Shown piece after piece: positions 47,232-57,679 of a DNA stretch of 64,000 nt. The notes beneath the pieces were generated by a model. The model saw only the letters and a program-made list of their open reading frames with translations. It did not search any database and was not told the origin of the DNA. How positions within the stretch are numbered: the stretch's first letter is position 1; the number at the start of each line of letters is the position of its first letter. The translations under genes were made by a program, and so were the position numbers. Source of the stretch: an uncultured bacterium (GTDB taxonomy: Bacteria > Zhuqueibacterota > QNDG01 > DTFT01); contig CAVTNR010000012.1 of NCBI GenBank assembly GCA_963736115.1, positions 128,001 to 192,000 of the forward strand, written 5' to 3'.

Positions 47232-48668
47232 ATGACTCTTCCGGAAAAACCGGATCGCACGGACGAAATGCTTCAGGCCGTCGGAGCCGTCGCGGTAGAG
47301 ACCGGTGTGCCGGTCTACGCCGTGGGTGGAGCCGTACGCGACCGCCTGCTCGGCCGCCCCGTTCTGGAAATCGACTTCGTGGTTACCGGAAAAGCGGACG
47401 CGCCCGCATTCGCGGAAACAGCCAGGCGCAGGCTCGGAGGCACCGGATACATGGTGTTCGAGCGGTTCGGGACCTGCTCCTTCCTCGTCGAGCCCTACAA
47501 GCTGGAATTCGCCGGCGCCCGCAGGGAGTCCTACCGGCCGGATTCGCGCAAGCCCGATGTGCGGGCGGCGGATCTGTCCGAGGACCTGGCGAGAAGGGAT
47601 TTCACGGTCAACGCCATGGCCATGGGAATCCGGAAGTCCGATTTCGGCGACCTCATCGACCCCTTTGACGGCCGCTCCGACCTCGCCGGCCGCCTCCTCC
47701 GCACACCGCTCGACCCCCTGGCAACGTTCTCCGACGACCCACTGCGCATCCTCCGCGCCGCCCGTTTCGCGGGCCAACTGGGATTCCACATCCACCCGGA
47801 TACATTCGCGGCCATGCGTGCGGACCGGGAGCGCATCCGTATCGTGTCGCAGGAACGCCTCTCGGATGAAATCCTGAAAATGCTGTCCCAGCCCGTGCCG
47901 TCCGTCGGCCTGCGTATCCTGCAGGAAACCGGCGTTCTGGAGATCGTGTTCCCCGAACTGTCCGCCCTGACCGGCGTGGAACAGCGCGACGACTTTCACC
48001 ACAAGGACGTGTTCGAACATACCCTGAAGGTCGTGGACAACATCGCCCGGATGACCGACAAACCCATGCTCCGGTTCCTCGCGTTGATCCACGACATCGG
48101 CAAACCCCAGGTCAAGCGTTTCGTCGACGGCGTGGGCTGGACCTTCCACAACCACGAGAACATCGGCGAACGCATGCTGAAGCGGGTCTGCAGCCGGCTG
48201 AAACTGCCCAATGAATATCTGAAATACAGCCGGAAACTCACGGCGCTCCACATGCGGCCCATTCAGCTCATCGGCGGCGATGTGACGGATTCAGCCATCC
48301 GCAGGCTTCTCTTTCAGGCCGGCGACGACATCGATGACCTCATGATCCTGTGCCGCGCGGATATCACATCCGGCAACCCCAGGCGGGCCGAAAAACATCT
48401 GAACAATTTCGACGAAGTGACCGAACGGATGCGTGAAGTCGAGGAGAAGGACCGGATGCGGGCCTTCCAGTCCCCGGTGCGCGGCGAGGAAATCATGGAA
48501 CTGTGCGGCATCGAACCGGGACCGGCCGTCGGGCGCCTGAAAACGGCCATCGAAGAGGCCATTCTCGACGGCCTGATTCCAAACGAACACGATGCGGCGA
48601 GGGATTACCTCTTGAAAATAAAGGAACAAGCGCTCGTGGATCCGCCGGTTCACGCCGAAAATCAGTGA
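47232..48668 (+). CDS. cca: CCA tRNA nucleotidyltransferase with HD domain
   Basis: VGGAVRD, EDLARRDFTVNAMA, DDPLRILRAARF, HKDVFEHT, HDIGK; promoter-like TTGATT-N17-TATTTT at 47169-47197. Confidence 0.9.
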   Translation: MTLPEKPDRTDEMLQAVGAVAVETGVPVYAVGGAVRDRLLGRPVLEIDFVVTGKADAPAFAETARRRLGGTGYMVFERFGTCSFLVEPYKLEFAGARRESYRPDSRKPDVRAADLSEDLARRDFTVNAMAMGIRKSDFGDLIDPFDGRSDLAGRLLRTPLDPLATFSDDPLRILRAARFAGQLGFHIHPDTFAAMRADRERIRIVSQERLSDEILKMLSQPVPSVGLRILQETGVLEIVFPELSALTGVEQRDDFHHKDVFEHTLKVVDNIARMTDKPMLRFLALIHDIGKPQVKRFVDGVGWTFHNHENIGERMLKRVCSRLKLPNEYLKYSRKLTALHMRPIQLIGGDVTDSAIRRLLFQAGDDIDDLMILCRADITSGNPRRAEKHLNNFDEVTERMREVEEKDRMRAFQSPVRGEEIMELCGIEPGPAVGRLKTAIEEAILDGLIPNEHDAARDYLLKIKEQALVDPPVHAENQ

Positions 48669-48786
48669 AACAATTTCATTCAGATTCCGTCTATCAATAG
48701 GACATCCCGCCGGCCGGCCGGCGACCGTTGCGACCGCAGGGCGGTGGCGACGCGGGGTGTTACAGAACAGGGAAAAGGAGGAAATC

Positions 48787-49491
48787 ATGGAAGCGAAGAA
48801 GGAAATGGGCTTTTTCGAGAAACTGGCCGGCATTTTCATTTCGCCGCGGGAGACCTTCGAGACTCTTGACCGCAAACCCACCTGGCTTGTGCCGTTCCTC
48901 ATCATCACCGCGGTTGTGCTGGTGATGACCGTCCTGACCCGCGACATCGGCATGCAGGACATGATGGCCCGCTTCGAAGCGAGCGACATGCCGCAGGAGC
49001 AGATCGACCGGATCGTCGAACAGTCCCAGGGCCCCGTCCGGTATATCCAGATGGCGGCCATCCCCCTGTTCATGATCGCCGCCTGGTGCTTTTTCGCCGG
49101 CATCCTGCTGTTCACCGGCAACACCATTCTGGGCGGGAAATCGACGTTCAAGAAAATGCTGTCCATGGTCTCGTGGGCCAGCCTGATCGGCGTGCTCTCC
49201 TCCGTCATTCACACGGCATTGATCATCACCAAGGGGACCACCCAGGGCGTCACCACCAGCCTCGCCCTGCTCCTCGCGGATCCGGAACCCGGGGCCAAGC
49301 CCTCTTTCCTCTTCCGCCTGCTTTCCAAGTTTGATGTTTTCACGATTTGGGAGATGGTCCTGTGGGCCATCGGAACGTCCGTCCTGTACCGGTTCAGCAT
49401 GAAAAAATCAGCCGGCATGGTGGCGGTGCTTTGGGTGTTGTGGGTCATTATCAGCGTGACTGTGGGCGGACTCTTCCATTTCGGCATGTAG
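48787..49491 (+). CDS. Yip1-domain membrane protein (YknW-like)
   Basis: GIFISPRETFE...P.WLVP, five hydrophobic segments; first gene of exporter operon. Confidence 0.85.
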   Translation: MEAKKEMGFFEKLAGIFISPRETFETLDRKPTWLVPFLIITAVVLVMTVLTRDIGMQDMMARFEASDMPQEQIDRIVEQSQGPVRYIQMAAIPLFMIAAWCFFAGILLFTGNTILGGKSTFKKMLSMVSWASLIGVLSSVIHTALIITKGTTQGVTTSLALLLADPEPGAKPSFLFRLLSKFDVFTIWEMVLWAIGTSVLYRFSMKKSAGMVAVLWVLWVIISVTVGGLFHFGM

Positions 49492-49523
49492 CCCGGCCGC
49501 GTTCATTTAAGAAAGGATTCGGC

Positions 49524-50846
49524 ATGAAGCTTCGGATGGGATGGATACTCGGGGCATTGCTCCCCGTTGCGCTCCTCGCGCAGGGCGAGGAGACGCTGAC
49601 CCTGGACCAGTGCAAGGACATCGCCCTGAACCGGAACTCCGAACTGGTGCAGAGCCGGCTCCAGCTCAAGATGACCGCGCGGGACGAGATTTCGGCTTTC
49701 TCGAATTTACTACCGACGGTGAGCGGCTCCATGGGATACAACCATTCGGTGGCGGGCCCATCCTCCGCGCTGCGCATCGATCCCCAGTCGGGCATTCTCG
49801 TGCCGGTGCGCGACCAGATGGTCAAGTCCTGGTCATCCAGCGTCGGCCTGAACGCCCAGCAGATGCTGTTCAACGGAAGTACCATATTCGGGTTCGCCCA
49901 GGCGGCCCACCTGAAGGGCAGCGCCGTCGCCTCGGCGGACGCAACGCGGCAATCGGTCATTCTGCAGGTGATGGAAGCCTATCACACCCTGCTGAAAAAG
50001 GAAAGACTTCTCCAGGCGCAGGAGGAGACGCTCAAGCAGTGGGAAGAGTCGTACAAGCGCTACGAGACCCTGTATCAGGTCGGCAAAGTGCCCAAGTCGG
50101 ACGTGCTCAAGGCCAAGGTTCAGCTCGAAAACGCGCGGCTGGCCCTGATCCAGGCCCAAAGCGACCTCACCATGGCCGGCGCCGGCCTGAACCATGTGCT
50201 GGGCCTTTCAGTGGACCGGAAGATCAAGGCCCTGGACAATCTGACGCCCGTGGAAGAGCTCCCTCTCTATGAGACGGCGCTTGAAAAGGCGCTGGCCTCC
50301 CATCCGGCTCTGCGCAAGAGCCGCTCGGACGTCAAGGCGTCGAAGGCGGCCATGCTCTCCACGTCAAGCCGGTTTCTGCCCTCCCTGTACGGAAACGCCG
50401 GCTACTCCTGGAACAACGAGAATTTCGATCAGGTGGAGAACATGCTCGACACGGATTACAACTGGTACATGGGCGTGAGTCTCTCCCTCCCGATCTTCCA
50501 GGGGTTTTCGAGGCTCGCCAATGTCAGCCGGTCGCACCTGCAGGTTCAGTCGGTCCGGGAGTCGCTCGCCCAGAATGAGCGCGACGTGGCCCTGTCCCTG
50601 CACCAGGCCTATGCGTCGGTCCAGCTCGCCCGGCAGCAGATGGCGGTCACAAAAGACTCCGAAGCCGCGGCGGAAGAGGACCTGCGCCTCAACCAGGAGA
50701 AGTACGACCTCGGATCAGGCACCATGCTCGAGCTGATCACGTCCCAGGCGGCCTTCACCACGGCGCGGAACGGCGCCATTCAGGCCCGATACGATTACAT
50801 GACGGCGGTGGCCCAGCTGCAGAAGGCCATGGGCGTCCTGAACTGA
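49524..50846 (+). CDS. TolC-family outer membrane channel
   Basis: Signal peptide, LTLDQC..IAL..N, LPT/LPS motifs, LSLPIFQG, Y..G.GT.LEL. Confidence 0.93.
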   Translation: MKLRMGWILGALLPVALLAQGEETLTLDQCKDIALNRNSELVQSRLQLKMTARDEISAFSNLLPTVSGSMGYNHSVAGPSSALRIDPQSGILVPVRDQMVKSWSSSVGLNAQQMLFNGSTIFGFAQAAHLKGSAVASADATRQSVILQVMEAYHTLLKKERLLQAQEETLKQWEESYKRYETLYQVGKVPKSDVLKAKVQLENARLALIQAQSDLTMAGAGLNHVLGLSVDRKIKALDNLTPVEELPLYETALEKALASHPALRKSRSDVKASKAAMLSTSSRFLPSLYGNAGYSWNNENFDQVENMLDTDYNWYMGVSLSLPIFQGFSRLANVSRSHLQVQSVRESLAQNERDVALSLHQAYASVQLARQQMAVTKDSEAAAEEDLRLNQEKYDLGSGTMLELITSQAAFTTARNGAIQARYDYMTAVAQLQKAMGVLN

Positions 50847-50876
50847 CCCAAGCCAATCAACAGGAGAAAAACGATA

Positions 50877-52217
50877 ATGGATAAATCCAAACAGAAACGC
50901 CTGATTCTCTTCGCGGGCCTGCTCGTGGCCATTGTCCTGCTGCTGCTGTGCGCCAATATGAAGCGGCGCGGGGGCAAGCTGACCGTGCAGACTGAAAAGG
51001 CCGTCAAGGGCCGAGTGGTGGCCTCCGTTTCGGGTTCGGCAAAAATCCAGCCCGAGGTCCAGGTGAAAATTTCCGCCAAAGTGAGCGGCCAGATCCTGAG
51101 AATCGGAGTGCTGGAAGGCGATCGCGTGAAACGGAACCAGTTCCTGGTCCAGCTCGATTCCGAGATCTACAAGGCGTCGGTCGAGCAGAGCGAATCGAGC
51201 GTCAAGGGCGCGCACGCGAATTTCGAAAAGGCGGAAAACGATTACCAGCGGGTCCGGAAGCTGTTCGATTCGAACCTCGCCTCCGCCTCCGAGCTTGAGA
51301 TCGCCAAGGCCACGTACAAGCAGGCCGAGGCCCAGGTCGAACAGGCCGAGGCCATGCTGAAGCAGGCCAAAGACGACCTCTCGAAAACCTCGATCTACTC
51401 GCCCATGGACGGCGTCGTGAGCCAGGTCAACAAGAAGGCCGGCGAAATGGCCATGGGGTCGGGCTTCACGCTCGACATCATCATGGTCGTCGCGGATCTC
51501 TCGAAGATGCTCGCCGAGACCGACATCGACGAAAATGACGTGGTCTCGGTGTCGCTCGGGGATTCCTCGAAAATCTCCGTGGACGCGTATCCGGACACGG
51601 TGTTCCGCGGCATGGTGAAGGAGATCGCCAACACCGGCACCACGACCGGAACGGGCACGCAGGAGGAAACGACCAACTTTCTGGTCAAGGTCGCGATGAT
51701 CGACAAACCGGAGACGATCAGGCCCAGCATGTCGGCGACCGTTGACATCATCACCGAATCCAAAGACAGCGTCATCACGGTCCCGATCCAGTGCGTCACC
51801 GCCCGGCCGCCGCTGAAGCCGAAGCCCGATCCCAAAGCCGCCGCCAAGGCCCGGGCCGAGAGGAAAAAGGCCGAAGCCGCCGCGAAAAAGGAAGGCAAGG
51901 CGAAGGCCGATTCCGGAGCGAAAGCCGAAGCCCCGCCCGCTCCGGCCGCAAAACCCCAAGCAAAGGACGCGAAGGACGAAAAGCCGGTCAAATGCGTGTT
52001 CGTGGTCAAGGACGGGATCGCCCGTCAGGTCGCGGTGGAAACGGGCATTTCGTCAGACACTCAGATCGAGATCGTGAAGGGCCTCTCGGAAGGGGATGTG
52101 CTGGTCAGCGGCTCCTACCGCATCCTCTCCAAGCAGCTCAAGGACGGGGATAAAGTTTCCGTCTCCAAGACCGGTAAAAAGGCGTCCGGGGACGAAAATG
52201 CCGAGGAGGAACGCTAG
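50877..52217 (+). CDS. Efflux periplasmic adaptor subunit (MacA-like)
   Basis: N-terminal TM, SAKVSG.I....V.EGD.V, IYSPMDG, V.TGISS, GL.EGD. Confidence 0.93.
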   Translation: MDKSKQKRLILFAGLLVAIVLLLLCANMKRRGGKLTVQTEKAVKGRVVASVSGSAKIQPEVQVKISAKVSGQILRIGVLEGDRVKRNQFLVQLDSEIYKASVEQSESSVKGAHANFEKAENDYQRVRKLFDSNLASASELEIAKATYKQAEAQVEQAEAMLKQAKDDLSKTSIYSPMDGVVSQVNKKAGEMAMGSGFTLDIIMVVADLSKMLAETDIDENDVVSVSLGDSSKISVDAYPDTVFRGMVKEIANTGTTTGTGTQEETTNFLVKVAMIDKPETIRPSMSATVDIITESKDSVITVPIQCVTARPPLKPKPDPKAAAKARAERKKAEAAAKKEGKAKADSGAKAEAPPAPAAKPQAKDAKDEKPVKCVFVVKDGIARQVAVETGISSDTQIEIVKGLSEGDVLVSGSYRILSKQLKDGDKVSVSKTGKKASGDENAEEER

Positions 52218-52348
52218 TCGGCCGGCGCGCCGGCTTCCGTCCGCGTCACAATTCGGGATGGAAAAGCCCGACGGGCCTTCAATCAATAATATAGAATAGC
52301 TTGGTCCCGCCCTGCGAAAGGCGGCTCTCAACCGGAGGAAAGACGCAC

Positions 52349-53026
<678 letters not shown>

Positions 53027-53027
53027 C

Positions 53028-54266
53028 ATGGCGGCCTTTTCGCGCACCGAACTGTCGGAAGGGCTCCGCATCGCCCTGGCCGCGCTCAAGGCCAACCGGA
53101 TGCGGACCATTCTCACCACGCTCGGCATCTTCATCGGCGTCATCGTGGTGACCGTGATCATCTCGGTGATCCAGGGCCTCAACCACTACGTGAGTTCCGA
53201 GTTCTCCAATCTCGGCGCCAACACAATGTACGTGTCCAAGTTCCCGTGGATTATCCGGTCGTGGGAGGAATTCCTCAAGTACCAGGGCCGCAAGGACATC
53301 ACCGAGAAGCATTACCAGCTTCTGGTGAAGAACGCCACGCTCGCTGAAGCCGTGGCCCCCGACCTGGGAACGAGCCGGACGGTCAAGTACCGCACCGAAT
53401 CGTTGAACAATGTATATGTCACCGGCACCACCGAGGCCTACCTGGCCTGCGCCAACACGGTGCCCGAAACCGGCCGGTTCTTCACGGACTCGGATGTGGA
53501 TCTCAACCGGGCCGTGTGCGTAATCGGCTGGGAGGTCCAGGACAAGCTCTTCAAGGGCGAGGACCCCATCGACCGCCGCGTGAAGATCGGGGCACAGCCC
53601 TTCACCGTTGTGGGGGTCATGGAAAAAAGGGGAAACATGTTCGGCCAGAGCATGGACGCCACGGCGTACATCCCCTACACCGCGTTCCAGAAAATGTACG
53701 GGTCCCGCCGGTCGCTCGACATCCAGATCAAGGCGGCGGACGCCGAAAATACGGACGCGCTGATCGATCAGATCACGGGCATCATGCGGCAGGCGCGGGG
53801 GCTGACACCGGGCAAACCGGACGACTTCGCCATCAACCAGCAGAGCCAGATCATGGACGTGTACAACCAGATGACGCGCACGCTGTGGATCGTTCTGATC
53901 GGCATCGGCTCGATCTCCCTGCTCGTGGGCGGCATCGGCATCATGAACATCATGATGGTGTCCGTGTCCGAGCGCACACGGGAAATCGGCATTCGCAAGG
54001 CCATCGGCGCCAAAAAACGGGTCATCCTGTGGCAGTTTCTCATGGAATCGATCGTGATCTCCGGCCTGGGCGTGACCATCGGCATCCTCTTCTCGCTCGG
54101 CATCGCCCTGCTGATTCGCGCGGTTTCGCCCATCCCCGTGTACATTTCGACTTACGTGCTGTTCCTGGGTGTCGGTTTTACGCTGACCATCGGCCTTTTC
54201 TTCGGCATTTACCCGGCATCCAAAGCCGCGCGGCTCGATCCCATTGTGGCGCTGCGGTACGAGTGA
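53028..54266 (+). CDS. ABC transporter permease (MacB/FtsX-like)
   Basis: LTTLGIFIGV, GGIGIMNIM.VSV.ERTREIGIRKAIGA, PA.KAA.LDPI.ALRYE. Confidence 0.95.
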   Translation: MAAFSRTELSEGLRIALAALKANRMRTILTTLGIFIGVIVVTVIISVIQGLNHYVSSEFSNLGANTMYVSKFPWIIRSWEEFLKYQGRKDITEKHYQLLVKNATLAEAVAPDLGTSRTVKYRTESLNNVYVTGTTEAYLACANTVPETGRFFTDSDVDLNRAVCVIGWEVQDKLFKGEDPIDRRVKIGAQPFTVVGVMEKRGNMFGQSMDATAYIPYTAFQKMYGSRRSLDIQIKAADAENTDALIDQITGIMRQARGLTPGKPDDFAINQQSQIMDVYNQMTRTLWIVLIGIGSISLLVGGIGIMNIMMVSVSERTREIGIRKAIGAKKRVILWQFLMESIVISGLGVTIGILFSLGIALLIRAVSPIPVYISTYVLFLGVGFTLTIGLFFGIYPASKAARLDPIVALRYE

Positions 54267-54300
54267 CCTTTCCCCCCGCACGCCGCCAGGAGCAAACAGG

Positions 54301-55551
54301 ATGCAGACCAAGGAAACCCTTCAGAAACTGCGTGAAAGCCTGACCATCGCGCTGGACATCATCCGGACGCACAAGTTGCGTTCGTTCCTCACCCTCCTGG
54401 GCATCATCATCGGCGTCATGGCCATCATCGGCATGCAGAGCCTCATCGAAGGCCTGCAGAAGGACATGCAGCGCCAGATGGAACAGCTCGGATCGAACGT
54501 GTTCCAGGTCCAGAAATACCCGGCGATGGAGCACCGCGAGCACGGCGGAGACAACCCCTACCGCAACCGGAAGGACATCACGCTCGTCGAAGCCGCGGCC
54601 ATCGAAGAGCACTGCGACCTCGTGACCAACGTGGGCCCCGAGGCGTGGCAGATGGGCGTGACGGTCAAATTCGCCGACCGGAAGACCAGCCCCACCGTTC
54701 AGATGGGCGGCGGCGTGCCCGCCTTTTTCGCGAACAACGGGTATTTCGTCCAGGACGGCCGGGCCGTGACGGATATGGACGTCCAGAGCGCGCGTTCGGT
54801 GGCGGTGCTCGGCCAGGACATCGCCGAGGAGCTGTTTCCGTTCCGCAATCCGGTCGGCGAGTCGGTGATCGTGGACGGCCGCCGGTACGACGTTATCGGC
54901 GTTCTCGAGAAACTCGGCCAGTCGTTCGGCCGAAGCCGCGACAATGTCGTCATCATTCCGCTCACAACGCTGATGAAATACTACGGCAAGGAACGTTCCC
55001 TGAATATCACCATCCAGGCCAAGGACGCGACCCGCATCGAGGAGGCCAAGGAGCAGGTGATCGGCGTCCTCCGCGCGGTCCGCAAGGTCGCGCCGGGCAG
55101 GGACAATGATTTCGAGATCTGGTCCAGCGCCACGCTGGTGGATTCGTTCAACAATATGACCCGCGCCATCCGCATCGGCGCCATCGTGATCGTCTCGTTC
55201 TCCCTGCTCGTGGCGGGAATCGGGATCATGAACATCATGCTGGTGTCGATTTCCGAGCGGATCCGGGAAATCGGCATTCGGATGGCGGTCGGCGCCAACC
55301 GGCGCGACATCATGCTGCAGTTCCTCGTCGAGGCCGTCCTTCTTTCGGAGGTGGGCGGCATCATCGGCATCCTCGCGGGTATCGGCATCGGCCAGCTCGT
55401 AGCGCTGGTCTCGCCCGTCCCGGCGTCGATTCCGGTGCCGTGGATCCTGATCGGATTCTTCTTCTGTTCCCTGGTCGGCCTGGGATTCGGACTGTATCCC
55501 GCGCGCAAGGCGGCCAAACTCGATCCCATCACCGCGCTCCGATACGAGTGA
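54301..55551 (+). CDS. ABC transporter permease (MacB/FtsX-like), second subunit
   Basis: LRSFLTLLGIIIGV, GIGIMNIML..ERIREIGIR, LDPITALRYE. Confidence 0.95.
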   Translation: MQTKETLQKLRESLTIALDIIRTHKLRSFLTLLGIIIGVMAIIGMQSLIEGLQKDMQRQMEQLGSNVFQVQKYPAMEHREHGGDNPYRNRKDITLVEAAAIEEHCDLVTNVGPEAWQMGVTVKFADRKTSPTVQMGGGVPAFFANNGYFVQDGRAVTDMDVQSARSVAVLGQDIAEELFPFRNPVGESVIVDGRRYDVIGVLEKLGQSFGRSRDNVVIIPLTTLMKYYGKERSLNITIQAKDATRIEEAKEQVIGVLRAVRKVAPGRDNDFEIWSSATLVDSFNNMTRAIRIGAIVIVSFSLLVAGIGIMNIMLVSISERIREIGIRMAVGANRRDIMLQFLVEAVLLSEVGGIIGILAGIGIGQLVALVSPVPASIPVPWILIGFFFCSLVGLGFGLYPARKAAKLDPITALRYE

Positions 55552-55611
55552 CCGGCGCTCCGGCTTTGACTCTGACGGTCGGAACGGCCGTCACCGAGAA
55601 AGGATTCAACC

Positions 55612-55959
55612 ATGAAGATCAATGAAAGAACAGTCGATTCCATCCTGGTGCTGGCGCCGGAGGGGGAGATCATGGGGGGCGAAGAGACCCATCCGGTGCA
55701 GGACCGCGTATACAAGGCGATCCGGGATGGACAGACCTTCCTCGTCCTGGACATGAAGGATGTAAGCTGGATCAACAGCTCCGGCCTTGGCGCGCTCATG
55801 GCCTGTCTGACCACGCTGAGAGGAAGCGGCGGCGACCTCCGGCTGGCGCGCGTTTCGGACCGCGTCCGCCGTCCCATCACCATCACGCGGCTGGACCAGG
55901 TGCTGATGATGTTCGGTACGGTCGAAGAAGCGCTGAAGGGATTCGGAGAGGGGGCCTGA
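55612..55959 (+). CDS. STAS-domain anti-sigma factor antagonist
   Basis: VLDMKDVSWINSSGLGAL motif with phosphorylatable Ser. Confidence 0.92.
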   Translation: MKINERTVDSILVLAPEGEIMGGEETHPVQDRVYKAIRDGQTFLVLDMKDVSWINSSGLGALMACLTTLRGSGGDLRLARVSDRVRRPITITRLDQVLMMFGTVEEALKGFGEGA

Positions 55960-55960
55960 C

Positions 55961-56524
55961 ATGGCGAAATGGACCCGGGAGCAGATCGTCGCCAAGGTGC
56001 AGAAGGGCGAATCGTTCGCTGAAACGGACCTTTCCGGAACGGACCTGTCCTACGCCTTCCTCAAAGGCGCGGACTTCCGCGGCGCGAACCTGTCGAACTG
56101 CACGATTCAGAACGCGAACCTGGAAAAAGCGAACCTCAAGGGAGCCAATCTGGAGAACGCGTTTCTGTTCGGTTCGAACCTCAAAGAGGTTAATTTCGAG
56201 GGCGCTCGCCTGAGCGGCGCCAACCTGCAGGACACCAACCTGGAGAAATCCCGGCTCAAGGGCGTGAACCTCGCGGGCCTGTCGCTTTTCGGCGCCCAGC
56301 TCAACCAGGCGAACCTGGAAGGGGCGAATCTGACCGGTATCAAACTGAAGCGGGCCAACCTGGTGGGCGCGAACCTGGCAGGCGCGGACTGCCGCGAGGC
56401 CCATTTTCAACGCGCGGTTCTGCGCGACGCGGACCTGACCGGCGCGGATCTGACCGGCGCCAACATCAAATTCGCGGATCTGGAAGGCGCCAAAGGCGCG
56501 AACCTGAAGGGGACGGTGCAGTAA
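55961..56524 (+). CDS. Pentapeptide repeat protein
   Basis: Continuous A[DN]LxG repeats. Confidence 0.95.
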   Translation: MAKWTREQIVAKVQKGESFAETDLSGTDLSYAFLKGADFRGANLSNCTIQNANLEKANLKGANLENAFLFGSNLKEVNFEGARLSGANLQDTNLEKSRLKGVNLAGLSLFGAQLNQANLEGANLTGIKLKRANLVGANLAGADCREAHFQRAVLRDADLTGADLTGANIKFADLEGAKGANLKGTVQ

Positions 56525-56554
56525 ACCCTGTATTGGAATTAACTTTGTCGATTC

Positions 56555-56583
56555 AAAAGGCCCGCAGCAATGCGGGCCTTTTT
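56555..56583. terminator. Intrinsic terminator of exporter operon
   Basis: AAAAGGCCCGCA-gcaa-TGCGGGCCTTTTT. Confidence 0.85.
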
Positions 56584-56609
56584 ATTCGGCGGACTCCTGT
56601 ATTTGACAT

Positions 56610-56638
56610 TTGCAAATGCCGGTTTTTTTCGTTAAAAT
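56610..56638 (+). promoter_or_regulatory. Sigma70 promoter of fni operon
   Basis: TTGCAA-N17-TAAAAT ending 9 nt before the ATG. Confidence 0.55.
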
Positions 56639-56647
56639 AAGATTAAT

Positions 56648-57679
56648 ATGACCATTTCCAAACGTAAACGCGAACACATCGACATCGCACTGAAACGCGA
56701 CGTCGCATTCCGGGACAAAACGTCCGGTTTTGAGGCCTGGGACTTCGTTCACTGCGCGCTTCCCGAAACCGCATTCGACTCGGTCGACACCCGCATCGAA
56801 TTCCTCGGCCGCAGCCTCTCCTTTCCCTTCATGGTGTCCGCCATGACCGGCGGATTCAGGGGAGCGGCGGACATCAACCGCAGGCTGGCCGAGGTCTGCC
56901 AGGCCGAAAGGGTTGCTCTCGGCGTGGGCAGTCAGAGGCAGGCATTCGAGAACAGCCGGCATCTGGAGACGTTCCGCATCGTCCGGCGCCTGGCACCCGA
57001 TATCCCGGTGGTGGGCAATATCGGCGCCAGCGAGATCGCCCGCCTATCCGATTTTTCGCCGGTCGAGGCGATGGTCGATCTGGTGGCCGCGGACGCGATG
57101 GCCGTTCATCTGAACCCCCTCCAGGAACTGCTCCAGCCCGAAGGCAACCGCGATTTCAGCGGCGTCCTGGCCGCGATCGGCCGGCTCGCGGCCGCGCTTT
57201 CCGTGCCCGTGATCGTAGAGGAAGTCGGCTGCGGCATTTCCGCGGAAACCGCGCGCCGCCTCATCGAGGCGGGCGTCTCCTGGATCGACGTGGCCGGCGC
57301 AGGCGGCACATCCTGGACCGGCATTGAATCGCATCGATGCGGCGGCCGCGGACACATGGCCGGCGCTTTCTGGGACTGGGGCATTCCCACAGCCGTGTCC
57401 ATCCGCATGGTCCGGAGCCTGCCTGGCGCGGCCGTGATCGCGTCGGGCGGCATCCGGAACGGACTGGAGGCGGCCAAGGCGGTTGCACTCGGCGCGGAGC
57501 TCTGCGGCGCGGCCATGCCCGTTCTCCGCTCCCTGGACGCCGGGCCGCGGGGACTCGTCCGGCTGATTTCCGAGTGGCGGGAACAGTTCAAGGCCGTCCT
57601 TTATCTCACGGCCAGCCGCACCAGCGCGGATCTGCGCAGGCCGGGCGTGCTCCGGCCCGCGAAAGCGGAGGCGCCTTGA
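56648..57679 (+). CDS. fni: Type 2 isopentenyl-diphosphate delta-isomerase
   Basis: RK.EHI, MTGG, GSQR, HLNPLQE..QPEG.RDF, G.GGTSW, WGIPTA, SGGIR.G. Confidence 0.93.
   Translation: MTISKRKREHIDIALKRDVAFRDKTSGFEAWDFVHCALPETAFDSVDTRIEFLGRSLSFPFMVSAMTGGFRGAADINRRLAEVCQAERVALGVGSQRQAFENSRHLETFRIVRRLAPDIPVVGNIGASEIARLSDFSPVEAMVDLVAADAMAVHLNPLQELLQPEGNRDFSGVLAAIGRLAAALSVPVIVEEVGCGISAETARRLIEAGVSWIDVAGAGGTSWTGIESHRCGGRGHMAGAFWDWGIPTAVSIRMVRSLPGAAVIASGGIRNGLEAAKAVALGAELCGAAMPVLRSLDAGPRGLVRLISEWREQFKAVLYLTASRTSADLRRPGVLRPAKAEAP

Noticed and set aside
47340-47385. CCA enzyme has EID rather than DxD
   Set aside because: Conservative acidic substitution with all other motifs intact; not enough to claim altered function
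55961-56524. Qnr quinolone resistance gene
   Set aside because: Generic A[DN]LxG repeats with no Qnr-specific loops recognisable; function cannot be assigned
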